The position numbers were made by a program, and so were the translations under genes. The notes under the pieces were generated by a model that was not told the origin of the DNA, did no database searches, and worked only from the letters and a program-made list of their open reading frames with translations. Positions 1 to 8,674 of a stretch of DNA of 18,963 bases are shown in pieces. Position 1 is the stretch's first letter, and every line of letters begins with the position of its first letter. This stretch comes from a bacterium. Lineage in GTDB: Bacteria; JAMCPX01. The DNA lies in the NCBI GenBank assembly GCA_037439545.1, contig JBBIVV010000041.1:1-18963 (forward strand), in the 5' to 3' direction.

Positions 1-53
1 CCGTGATGTGGATCGATATCTTGTGCCTGTTCTACCTGTTTCTCTTGCTCAAC

Positions 54-242
54 TTGTCTTAATTTCTCAAACAATGGCAGTTCTGTCGGAATCCTCTCTT
101 TTATGGTCTTCCAAATATGTTATGTCTTTAAGATATTTTTATGCCTCTAACATATTCTCAATAATATCATCATATGATAGTGCTCTTTCAGATACGGTTT
201 CCGCTCTTTAAGGATTTTTTCTATTTCTTCTAAGCTCTTCAT
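54..242 (-). pseudogene. Collapsed remnant of an MNT (minimal nucleotidyltransferase) - HEPN/DUF86 toxin-antitoxin pair
   Basis: The minus strand gives three abutting fragments. 242-177 reads MKSLEEIEKILKERKPYLKEHY (MNT-like N-terminus, preceded by SD-like AAGGTGGGG). 174-115 reads YDDIIENMLEA*KYLKDITY (DUF86-like N-terminus, in another frame, with an internal TAA). 116-54 reads IWKTIKERIPTELPLFEKLRQ (DUF86-like C-terminus). No GSx10DxD or Rx4H catalytic motifs remain. Confidence 0.55.
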
Positions 243-274
243 ATAATCTACCCCACCTTTATCCTTATATAAAT

Positions 275-302
275 AGTATAGCATACCTTGCGATAACATC
301 AA
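275..302 (-). promoter_or_regulatory. Putative sigma70 promoter for the MNT-HEPN relic
   Basis: Minus strand TTGATG (302-297), 16-bp spacer, then extended -10 TGcTATACT (283-275), about 30 bp upstream of the ATG at 242. Confidence 0.4.
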
Positions 303-363
303 TGCCGGAATCATAAACATTTAAGAAACAGGGGAGCTTCCCGGAACCGTACCTCGCTCTCTG

Positions 364-391
364 TTGCTTTACACAGATTAAGTGGTATGAT
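364..391 (+). promoter_or_regulatory. Putative sigma70 promoter of the chemosensory operon
   Basis: TTGCTT (364-369), 16-bp spacer, extended -10 TGgTATGAT (383-391); SD-like AAGGGAG at about 413-419 before the ATG at 433. Confidence 0.4.
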
Positions 392-432
392 AATAAGTCT
401 GTATATAACTAAAAGGGAGAAGCGCTTAATTC

Positions 433-2115
433 ATGAGCTTAATAGGCAGTCTTGAGGATCTGGCACTCGGTGATATACTGCAGATACTGAGTTTAAGCCG
501 GCGATCGGGTATTCTCTATCTTACCAGACCCGGAGAAGAAGGTAAGATCGTATTTGCCGACGGCCAGATTACCTCTGCCGTAAGTACGGCTCATCCGAAC
601 AATGTGCTCGAACTTCTCAGGGACAAAGGTATAATTCAGGACTCACAGGTTGATCGGATTACCGGGGAACTGAAAAGGTCGGGCACGTCCGATGTAAAAC
701 CGCTTCTGGTAAAATCCGGCACGCTCCAACCCGGGATTATCGAAGAGGTCATACAATCTTACGTTACCAGCACCATCTTTAATTTCTTTTCGTGGACAGA
801 GGGTAATTTTGATTTCGAGATAGCGGATAGTCCGGATAATTTTTACAAGCCCGGGCTTGAAGGCTACCTTGATGCACCCTTGAATCCCCAGTATGTTGCG
901 ATTGAAGGGACGAGAAAGTCCGATGAAGAGAAGAGAGACACTGCTTCGGCAGAAGACCACAAGGATGAGTTTGGGCCCCAGATAAGGGAGATGGAAGAGC
1001 TCATCATCGTGGATCAGAAAGCGGATTCTCAGACATTTCTTAAAGAAAGCCTCGAGTCAAGAGGATTCAGGACAGGCTCCATGGCAGATCTTCATGCGCT
1101 TTACGAGTATCTTGAGGCAATAAAAGACTCTCCAAGGTTCCCTATGGTCGTTGTAGACCTTACCATCCCGAAAACAAAGGGAGAGGGTATGCTCGGGGGC
1201 ATGGAGTTGTTGAGATGGGTGTCTGAGAAAAAGATGAAATTACCCATTGTTTTATTGAGTAACATAAACAACGAAGAAGTCATAAAGGAATCGAAGATAC
1301 TGGGAGTTTACGCATACTTAAAAAAACCGAAGAAGTTTTCAAGGACATCTCCGGACATTGATACCTACATGGACATACTTGAAAAAATTACGACACTGTT
1401 CCGGCAGTATCAGGAAGCAGGTTTTGTATTCAAGGCAGGAGGGAAAGAGGTCAAGGTAGCAGTCGAAGAGCATCCCGACGAAGATGACGCAGGATACAGG
1501 TTCGTACAGGACATAACCGAAGAGCTTACAAAAGAGTTCGAAGATGAGGTGGAGCTGCTTCCCGAAACGACGGTAAAAAAGGCGGATACAAGTCCCGGTT
1601 TACTTACGCTCAAATCGATGATAGATGAACTTACAAACCCGAATTTTTCGGGAGAAGTGACCCTTTTAATCATGAGGTTTGCAAGCGAGCTGCTGAACAG
1701 GGGGATCCTTTTTCTTGTCACCAGGAACACGTTGAAAGGGCTCGGGCAATTCGGTCTGGAAGCATTTTTTGAGAATCCGAATGCGGTCGTAAAGAAAATG
1801 GAAATAGAAGTAGAGGAGCAATCCTTCATGGGCAAGCTCATAAAATATAAAGTTCCGGTGAAAGAAGCTCCCGAGCACACGGACGGTAATAAGAAATTTT
1901 TCAGTCAGATCGGCGGGGAATGGCCCGCAGAATCCTATGCTGTCCCTCTTTTGACTGCAAACAGGGTTGCAGCAATTTTCTATGGTGATAATGTACCCTT
2001 GAAGAAAAAGATATCCGATATGACGACATTCGAGATATTTATGAGTCAGGCCGGTGTCATTATGGAAAAGGCTTATCTGGAAAGGATAATCAGGGAGCGG
2101 AAGGATGAACAATGA
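433..2115 (+). CDS. DUF4388/PATAN-domain response regulator with central REC and C-terminal GAF-like domain
   Basis: N-terminus MSLIGSLEDLALGDILQILSLSRRSGIL...GKIVFADGQI...FFSWTEGNFDF is typical of DUF4388. REC motifs are LIIVDQ, VVVDL, LLSN and YLKKP. The C-terminal LLIMRFASELLNRGILFLV...AVPLLTANRVAAIFYGDN is GAF-like. Stop overlaps cheY (ATGA). Confidence 0.8.
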   Translation: MSLIGSLEDLALGDILQILSLSRRSGILYLTRPGEEGKIVFADGQITSAVSTAHPNNVLELLRDKGIIQDSQVDRITGELKRSGTSDVKPLLVKSGTLQPGIIEEVIQSYVTSTIFNFFSWTEGNFDFEIADSPDNFYKPGLEGYLDAPLNPQYVAIEGTRKSDEEKRDTASAEDHKDEFGPQIREMEELIIVDQKADSQTFLKESLESRGFRTGSMADLHALYEYLEAIKDSPRFPMVVVDLTIPKTKGEGMLGGMELLRWVSEKKMKLPIVLLSNINNEEVIKESKILGVYAYLKKPKKFSRTSPDIDTYMDILEKITTLFRQYQEAGFVFKAGGKEVKVAVEEHPDEDDAGYRFVQDITEELTKEFEDEVELLPETTVKKADTSPGLLTLKSMIDELTNPNFSGEVTLLIMRFASELLNRGILFLVTRNTLKGLGQFGLEAFFENPNAVVKKMEIEVEEQSFMGKLIKYKVPVKEAPEHTDGNKKFFSQIGGEWPAESYAVPLLTANRVAAIFYGDNVPLKKKISDMTTFEIFMSQAGVIMEKAYLERIIRERKDEQ

Positions 2116-2480
2116 GTGAGAATATACTTATTGTAGAAGATTCCCCGACCATGAGGTCATTTATATCATCGGCAATAGAGGAATGCGGTGACTATGAAAT
2201 ATATGAAAGCGCCACCGGTTTCGAGGCTCTGAAGCTTTTACCGCAAATAAATTTCAAAATCATCGTCACGGACATCAATATGCCCGATATCAACGGTCTT
2301 GAACTGATAAGCTTTGTGAGAAAGAACCAGCAGTACAAAGACATACCCATGGTGATCATATCGACAGAGGGGACGGAGATGGACAGGAAAAAGGGGATGG
2401 CGCTCGGGGCAAACGAATATCTCGTAAAACCTTTCAGGCCGGAAGATTTACAAAAGATTATAATGAAATATATCGGATAA
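2112..2480 (+). CDS. cheY: Single-domain response regulator CheY
   Basis: 122 aa; ILIVEDS, IVTDINMPDINGLEL, IIST and YLVKPF receiver motifs; directly upstream of cheA. Confidence 0.92.
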   Translation: MSENILIVEDSPTMRSFISSAIEECGDYEIYESATGFEALKLLPQINFKIIVTDINMPDINGLELISFVRKNQQYKDIPMVIISTEGTEMDRKKGMALGANEYLVKPFRPEDLQKIIMKYIG

Positions 2481-2483
2481 TCT

Positions 2484-4493
2484 ATGGAACAAAACAAAGC
2501 ACTAAAAGAGTTTATTGCAGAGTCAGAAGAGCTTATAGACAAAATATTCAAGGACATAGATGAAATAGATACGGACAGGAAGACAGGCAAGCCCAATCCT
2601 GACACTATAAACGATCTCTTCAGGGCAGCCCATTCGCTCAAAGGCATTTCAAGCATGTTCGGATTCAAGGAGATTACAGAAACCAGTCATAAGATGGAAG
2701 ACCTTCTGGACAAGGTCAGGCTGAGCAAAGTGCCTATCACCGACGGTCTGATAAAAGTGCTTTATTCCGCAGGCGATACGCTCAGGACAATGATATCATC
2801 CGACACGTTCGGCAAGGACATGAATATAGAGGAGATGCTGCAGCAATTTAAAGAAGCAGAACTCGCGAAACAGGAAGAACCGAAAGATGCCATATTTGCG
2901 GATCTCCTGCTGCCCAAGGACATACTCTCCGTGCTTACGGAGTATGAAGAATCAAGGTTACGGGAGAACATAAAGGACAAGAACAACATATTCAAGATAG
3001 ATGCGGTGTTCAGCTTGCTGAGCTTCGATAAGGAGCTCGCAGACCTCACGAACCAGCTCAAGACTTTCGGCGAGATTATTACGACCCTGCCGAGCACGAC
3101 AGAGGCAAAGGAAGGGGAAATAAAGTTCGATATCCTCCTCGGTACGACTGCCCTGGAGGCGCAGGTATCCTCGACCATTGATTTCAAGAACATCAAGATA
3201 CAGGACATAAGGAAACATCCTGTCGTGAAACAAACAGAGGCAGCAAAGCCGGTCGAAGACGGAGGAGCGGTAAAAGGCGTCATGGAAGAATCATCTTCCA
3301 TCAAAGGCATAGCCCAGACCGTCCGGGTTGACATAGCAAAGCTGGACTATATTATGAATATCGTCGGCGAACTCGTACTGTCAAAGACCAATCTTATAAA
3401 AATATCTGAATCCCTGAGGCAGAGCATGGGGTTTACGGGCACCGTGGTCGATCTTGCAAAGACAATAAAAGAGCTTGAAAGGAAGCTGAGAGAGCTTCAG
3501 ACCGGAGTACTGGAAATAAGGATGATACCTTTAAGCCAGCTCTTCGATAAACTCACCCGTACGGCAACAAGGATAGCAAAGGGATTGAATAAAGATATAG
3601 AGCTTGAATTCTATGGTGCGGATACAGAGCTGGATAAGCTTATTACAGAAGAATTGACCGATCCCATGATGCACATAATAAGGAATTCCATCGATCACGG
3701 CATTGAACCGGGAGAAGAAAGAATGATTGCCGGGAAACCGGCAAAGGGGAAGATTGTAATTCGCGCATACCAGAAGGGCAACCATGTCCTCATAGAGATA
3801 GAAGACGACGGCAGGGGAATTTCCCTTTCAGCGGTACGGAAAAAGGCCGTAGAAAAGGGCATGATCGAGCAGTCTGCAAAACCGACGAAAGATGAATTGA
3901 TCAACATGCTTTTCCTTCCCGGTTTCTCTACAAAATCGGATGTCAGCGAGGTTTCAGGCAGGGGCGTGGGGCTGGATGTCGTCAAGACGAACTTGAGGGC
4001 CATAAGCGGAATAATAGATGTGGACATGCAGGAGGGAAAGTGGTCGAAATTTACGCTGACCCTGCCCGTTACCCTTGCCATTATTCAGGCACTGATTATC
4101 GAATCGGACGGAAAGCAGTACGCTGTTCCTTTAAATTCCATAAATGAAAGTCTCTCCATAAAATCGGACGGGATTCGGATTGTAGAGAATAAAGAGGTCA
4201 TTAAGCTCAGGGACACGGTCCTGCCCGTCGTCAGGCTTTCAAAACTATTCAATTTCAATACCGCCGGTAACAGCAGGAAGGAAAACTATTATGTCGTCGT
4301 CGTCGGAAGCGGAGAAAAATTGATCGGCATACTTGCGGATAAGTTCGTAGGACAGCAGGATGTCGTTATCAAGCCGCTCGGAAAACTGTTAAAGGGCGCA
4401 AAGGGTATTTCGGGCGCTGCGGATATAGGGTCGGGAGAGATAGTGCTCGTGCTCGATGTGTCCGTATTTATGGACGAGGCTGTAAGAGGTTAA
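2484..4493 (+). CDS. cheA: Chemotaxis histidine kinase CheA
   Basis: Hpt domain FRAAHSLKG; dimerisation domain TVRVDIAKLDYIMNIVGELV; HATPase motifs HIIRNSIDHGIE, IEDDGRGI, FLPGFST and GRGVGLDVV; C-terminal CheW-like P5 domain. Confidence 0.97.
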   Translation: MEQNKALKEFIAESEELIDKIFKDIDEIDTDRKTGKPNPDTINDLFRAAHSLKGISSMFGFKEITETSHKMEDLLDKVRLSKVPITDGLIKVLYSAGDTLRTMISSDTFGKDMNIEEMLQQFKEAELAKQEEPKDAIFADLLLPKDILSVLTEYEESRLRENIKDKNNIFKIDAVFSLLSFDKELADLTNQLKTFGEIITTLPSTTEAKEGEIKFDILLGTTALEAQVSSTIDFKNIKIQDIRKHPVVKQTEAAKPVEDGGAVKGVMEESSSIKGIAQTVRVDIAKLDYIMNIVGELVLSKTNLIKISESLRQSMGFTGTVVDLAKTIKELERKLRELQTGVLEIRMIPLSQLFDKLTRTATRIAKGLNKDIELEFYGADTELDKLITEELTDPMMHIIRNSIDHGIEPGEERMIAGKPAKGKIVIRAYQKGNHVLIEIEDDGRGISLSAVRKKAVEKGMIEQSAKPTKDELINMLFLPGFSTKSDVSEVSGRGVGLDVVKTNLRAISGIIDVDMQEGKWSKFTLTLPVTLAIIQALIIESDGKQYAVPLNSINESLSIKSDGIRIVENKEVIKLRDTVLPVVRLSKLFNFNTAGNSRKENYYVVVVGSGEKLIGILADKFVGQQDVVIKPLGKLLKGAKGISGAADIGSGEIVLVLDVSVFMDEAVRG

Positions 4494-4495
4494 TC

Positions 4496-5305
4496 ATGTA
4501 CGAGGGCTTTTACAGATTAAAGGAAAAACCATTCGGCAAGACGCCGGACCCCAAGTTCCTGTATAAATCGCGCCAGCATGAAGAGGCCCTTGAAAGGATA
4601 CTCTTTGCGATCCAGGAAAAGGAACTTGCAGTCCTGACAGGGGATATAGGCTCCGGTAAAACGACGATATCCAGATCAGCCATGGATGCACTCGATGACA
4701 CCTATCTGCTGGTCAATATAATCAATCCGAGGCTGTCGCCGACGCAATTTTTAAAAACGATTGCGAAAAGACTCGGCATCGAGAACGTAAAGTATTTCAA
4801 GCACGACATTGTAGAACAGATGAGCGAAAGGATAGCGCAGCTTTATGAAAGTCATATTACCCCTGTCGTATTTATCGATGAGGCGCAGCTCATACCGTCA
4901 AAAAGCACGATAGATGAAATAAGACTTTTGACGAATTACCAGCTTGACAACATGAACCTCATAACGATCATACTGATAGGTCAGACGGAATTCCGGGAAA
5001 GGCTGCAGTCAAAATATTACAATGCTTTCAGGCAGAGAATCGGCATCTCCTATCATCTCGGTCCATTGAGTATCGAGGATACGGAAAAGTATATAAATTT
5101 CAGGTTACAGGTTGCAGGCAGATCAGAGCCGATTTTTACCGGTCCTGCGGTTGAATTGATCTACAGGTATTCAAAAGGGATCCCGCGTGCAATCAATACC
5201 ATTTGCAACAATGCATTGCTCCACGGTTATGGAGAAGACCTCGTCTCGATAGACGATAAGGCCGTAAATTCTATAATTGAGGATATAAAAATAAGTCTGA
5301 CATAA
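4496..5305 (+). CDS. ExeA/GspA-family AAA+ ATPase, stand-alone (ATPase domain only)
   Basis: N-terminus MYEGFYRLKEKPFGKTPDPKFLY is characteristic of the ExeA family. Walker A GDIGSGKT, Walker B VVFIDEAQ, plus ILIGQ, RQRI and SKGIPRAINTIC. 269 aa with no TM or PG-binding tail. Confidence 0.88.
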   Translation: MYEGFYRLKEKPFGKTPDPKFLYKSRQHEEALERILFAIQEKELAVLTGDIGSGKTTISRSAMDALDDTYLLVNIINPRLSPTQFLKTIAKRLGIENVKYFKHDIVEQMSERIAQLYESHITPVVFIDEAQLIPSKSTIDEIRLLTNYQLDNMNLITIILIGQTEFRERLQSKYYNAFRQRIGISYHLGPLSIEDTEKYINFRLQVAGRSEPIFTGPAVELIYRYSKGIPRAINTICNNALLHGYGEDLVSIDDKAVNSIIEDIKISLT

Positions 5306-5306
5306 T

Positions 5307-6014
5307 ATGGATATTTCAAAACTAAGAAAAAAGGCAAAAGAGCAGCAGGCAAAGGACAGGGATCCCGGGAGTATGGTGCGTGGAGCAGGGGCCGGAGAAG
5401 CAGAACAAAAGGGAGAAGCCGGGAGCCGGATGCCGGAACACGAGATCAAAATCACGGACAACGGACAACGGAATACCGAAGGCGTGAACCGGAAAACGGA
5501 AGCCCCGAAGCCGGAGCCTGCAGAAAAGCCCTTATTGGAACTGGCGCGGGAAGAACTGAAGAAGTATCCTGCCGGTGGAAAAGAAAAAGAACTTTTGTGC
5601 TTTACCCTTGCAAACCAGGAGTATGCCATCGAGCTCAGCATTGTCAGAGAGATAATAAGAATAAAGGAAATAACCCCGGTACCGAACATTTCCGAGTTCG
5701 TTCTCGGCATCATAGTGCTCAGGGGAGAGATCATTCCTATCATAGATTTAAGGAAGCGCATCGGCCTGCCGTTTCTCGGTTTTACACCCGACACGAGATT
5801 TGTTATGGTCTCCTTTGCCGATTCACTGACAGGGTTGGTTGTCGACAGCATACCTGATGTCAAGAAAGTGTCCGTAGAATCGATACAGTCCGCGGAACTT
5901 GTCGGCAGCGTGGATGTAAGGTTTCTTGCAGGCATTAGTACGAGCAAGGGGGGATTTACCATCCTGTTAAAGCTTGAAGAGATACTAAAACAATCCGATA
6001 TGTTTAAGGCATGA
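5307..6014 (+). CDS. cheW: CheW coupling protein with ~90-aa low-complexity N-terminal extension
   Basis: CheW domain LLCFTLANQEYAIEL...VREII...ITPVPN...LGIIVLRGEIIPIIDLRKR...GLVVDSI; the N-terminal part is charged and Gly/Ala/Pro-rich. Confidence 0.92.
   Translation: MDISKLRKKAKEQQAKDRDPGSMVRGAGAGEAEQKGEAGSRMPEHEIKITDNGQRNTEGVNRKTEAPKPEPAEKPLLELAREELKKYPAGGKEKELLCFTLANQEYAIELSIVREIIRIKEITPVPNISEFVLGIIVLRGEIIPIIDLRKRIGLPFLGFTPDTRFVMVSFADSLTGLVVDSIPDVKKVSVESIQSAELVGSVDVRFLAGISTSKGGFTILLKLEEILKQSDMFKA
5367..5515 (+). repeat. Degenerate heptamer tandem repeats inside the cheW N-terminal linker
   Basis: GCCGGGA-GCCGGAT-GCCGGAA (5418-5438), ACGGACA-ACGGACA-ACGGAAT (5454-5474), ACCGGAA-AACGGAA (5488-5501), and nGGnG-type 7-mers at 5367-5394. 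Confidence 0.5.
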
Positions 6015-6556
6015 CGATGACCGCGGACAGCACTACACAAAAAATCATAAAAATTAAAGCTTCTAAAGGCGATTATGTACAGCTTATCCTTATAAGGATC
6101 GGCACCTCTTTCTACGCAATCGATATCATGAAGATCGTGGAGATAGTAAAGTATTTACCCGTAACGAAGATACCGAAAGCCCCTGAATTCCTTGAGGGCA
6201 TCATAGACTTGCGAGGTACGATCATACCTGTCGTAGATATGCGTAAGCGCTTCGAGATTCAGGCAGAAAAGGCAAATGAAAAGATAAGGATAGTTATCGT
6301 AAAGGTCGTGGATAAGACAGCGGGGCTTATTGTCGACGAGGTCAGAGAGGTCATAAAGGTGGCTTCAGACAGGGTCATGCCCGCGCCAAAGATAGTTCAG
6401 GGCATAGAATCGGAATATTTATCGAACGTGGTAAGCGACAGAGGGCGGATCATACTTGTACTGGATCTGGACAGGATATTGACGACTACGGAAAGAGTCC
6501 AGCTCAAAAATCTTGTTTTTAAAGATAAAAAACAAAATGCAGGAGGCGATGAATGA
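6011..6556 (+). CDS. cheW: CheW coupling protein (second copy)
   Basis: FYAIDIMKIVEIV...TKIPKAPEFLEGIIDLRGTIIPVVDMRKRF...GLIVDEVREV; ATGA overlaps at both ends. Confidence 0.93.
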   Translation: MTMTADSTTQKIIKIKASKGDYVQLILIRIGTSFYAIDIMKIVEIVKYLPVTKIPKAPEFLEGIIDLRGTIIPVVDMRKRFEIQAEKANEKIRIVIVKVVDKTAGLIVDEVREVIKVASDRVMPAPKIVQGIESEYLSNVVSDRGRIILVLDLDRILTTTERVQLKNLVFKDKKQNAGGDE

Positions 6557-8667
6557 AATTTATAGGAGAGTTCCAAAACATAAGGCATAGCCTCAGACTG
6601 AAATTCATCATTTACATAATATTCGGCATCGTGATGTTGAGTCTTATTTACAGTGTTTATTATCTTTACCTTACCCGATCGATATCAAGCGATGAACTTG
6701 CCAAAAAAGGAAATGTGATAGCAGAGGACTTTTCGTACAACATCCGGTTCGGCGTCATAGCAGAAGACAAGGTTTTACTGAGCGAACTCATGGACAACCT
6801 TTTCAAAGACAAGGACGTTGCGTATGTCGTCGTCACCGATGCCAAAGATAACGTTATGGTTTCAAGATTCAGGGAGCAGAACCTTTCAAACAGTTTAAGT
6901 CCCATACTGGGCACTCCAAAAAACAAGGTAACACAGCTCACCTTAGACGGTATGGGTAAATTCATGGAAATAAACAAAAATGTGGTTACGGAAAGCTCGC
7001 AGGCTGCGTCACAGGGCACGGCTGAGCGGAACAATCAGATCAGAGGGTATGTTTACCTCGGCATATCGTACAAAAGTATAAGCAAGAAATTCACATCGCT
7101 TATGCTGGGCGCTATTTTGATCGTACTGATCAACTTCATTCTCGGTTCTGTGATGACATTCTTTTTCGTACAGAGGATAGTAGGACAGATACCGGTCATC
7201 GCTGAAAGGGCGTCGGCTCTCGCGGAAGGCGATCTTACGCAGACCATTCAAGTGAGTGCAAAGGATGAAATAGGCCTGCTTGCAGACGCTTTTAACGCAA
7301 TGTCGGACAGCTTAAGAAAGGTGTTGAGTAATATTCAGGCGTCGGCCGAGGCAATCGTCAATGCTGTGCACAATATAAGCGATAATGCATCGAAACTCCT
7401 CGAGTCATCGGACACACAGCAGAGGTCCGTAGAAGATACGACATCATCGATGACCGAGCTGAATACCTCGATCAAGGATATAGCCAAAAATACCGATACG
7501 CTCCATACATCCTCGACAGAGAGCGCATCGTCCGTCCTGGAACTATCATCGAGCATAGAAGAGGTGCTCGAGAACGTCGAAATGCTTTCCTCTGCAATAG
7601 AGGAGACCACGTCTTCGATAGAGGAAATGAGCGCATCCATAAAGCAGGTCGCAGTAAACGTAGACCAGCTCCTGAGAATAACGGATGAGACCGCGACCTC
7701 CATAGTAGAGATGGACGCATCGACAAAACAGATAGAAGCAAATGCCACCGAGACATTCAACATAGCGAACAGGGTCATGACAGATGCGAGAGAAGGCGTC
7801 TCGGCAGTCAATATAACGATAGACGGTATGAAACAGATCAGCGAGGCTTCGAACCATGTTGCCGAAACTATAGGCAGTTTTGTCCAGAAAGTGGACGACA
7901 TAGACAAGATACTAAATGTCATAGAAGAGGTTACGGCACAGACCAACCTGCTCGCGCTGAACGCGGCAATCATAGCATCGCAGTCAGGGGAATACGGCAA
8001 GAGTTTTGCCGTTGTTGCGGATGAGATAAAGGAACTTTCCGAGAGGACGGCGGCATCGACAAAGGAGATAGCAAACATAATAAGGGCCGTACAGGCGGAA
8101 TCAATCCAGGCAAAGGAATCCGTGGTATCCGGTAATGCGACCGTTGAAAAAGGGAGCGAACTCGCCAACAAAGCAGGGGCCGTGCTTATGAAGATAGCCG
8201 AGAGCTCGGCACAATCGAGCCTCATGGCCGGCGAGATAGCCAAAGCAACGAAAGAACAGGCAAAGGCATCGAAAGAGGTCACGGACGCCATAACCAATAT
8301 AACGACCATGATGGTCGAGATAGTGAAGGCGACACAGGAACAGGCACGGGGCTCGGAGCAGATAACGAAAGCCGCGGAGAGGATGCGCAGCGTTTCGGAG
8401 CAAGTCAAGAATTCCATGGAAGAACAGGCAAAGAGCAGTAAATTCATAAGTCAGGCAATAGAAAATATATCCGAGATGGTGAATTTTATTAACAAAGCAA
8501 CGCAGGAACAGGCAAAAACGAATGAGTTCGTCATGACCTCCCTGAGCAGGATCAGGGAATCTTCGGGAGAGAATCTTTCGAGTGTTTCCCAGTTGAACGA
8601 TGTCTCGAAAATCCTGGACAAGCAGTCCAATGTCCTTCAGGGCATATTAAAAATGTTCAAGGTGTAA
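6553..8667 (+). CDS. Methyl-accepting chemotaxis protein: 2 TM, HAMP, extra-long (~64-heptad) signalling domain
   Basis: TM1 at about aa19-41 and TM2 at about aa184-206; HAMP LAEGDLTQTI...DEIGLLADAFNAM; hairpin tip QTNLLALNAAIIASQSGEYGKSFAVVADEIKELSERT at about aa480, with ~224 aa on each arm. Confidence 0.95.
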   Translation: MKFIGEFQNIRHSLRLKFIIYIIFGIVMLSLIYSVYYLYLTRSISSDELAKKGNVIAEDFSYNIRFGVIAEDKVLLSELMDNLFKDKDVAYVVVTDAKDNVMVSRFREQNLSNSLSPILGTPKNKVTQLTLDGMGKFMEINKNVVTESSQAASQGTAERNNQIRGYVYLGISYKSISKKFTSLMLGAILIVLINFILGSVMTFFFVQRIVGQIPVIAERASALAEGDLTQTIQVSAKDEIGLLADAFNAMSDSLRKVLSNIQASAEAIVNAVHNISDNASKLLESSDTQQRSVEDTTSSMTELNTSIKDIAKNTDTLHTSSTESASSVLELSSSIEEVLENVEMLSSAIEETTSSIEEMSASIKQVAVNVDQLLRITDETATSIVEMDASTKQIEANATETFNIANRVMTDAREGVSAVNITIDGMKQISEASNHVAETIGSFVQKVDDIDKILNVIEEVTAQTNLLALNAAIIASQSGEYGKSFAVVADEIKELSERTAASTKEIANIIRAVQAESIQAKESVVSGNATVEKGSELANKAGAVLMKIAESSAQSSLMAGEIAKATKEQAKASKEVTDAITNITTMMVEIVKATQEQARGSEQITKAAERMRSVSEQVKNSMEEQAKSSKFISQAIENISEMVNFINKATQEQAKTNEFVMTSLSRIRESSGENLSSVSQLNDVSKILDKQSNVLQGILKMFKV

Positions 8668-8674
8668 TAGTATT

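Noticed and set aside
8..211. 67-aa + strand ORF
   Set aside because: No SD or recognisable motif; it is the antisense of the MNT-HEPN relic.
5171..6040. 289-aa minus-strand ORF
   Set aside because: Lies antisense to well-supported ATPase and cheW genes and has no motifs; a shadow ORF.
7335..8447. 370-aa minus-strand ORF
   Set aside because: Ser/Ala-rich antisense shadow of the repetitive MCP coiled coil.
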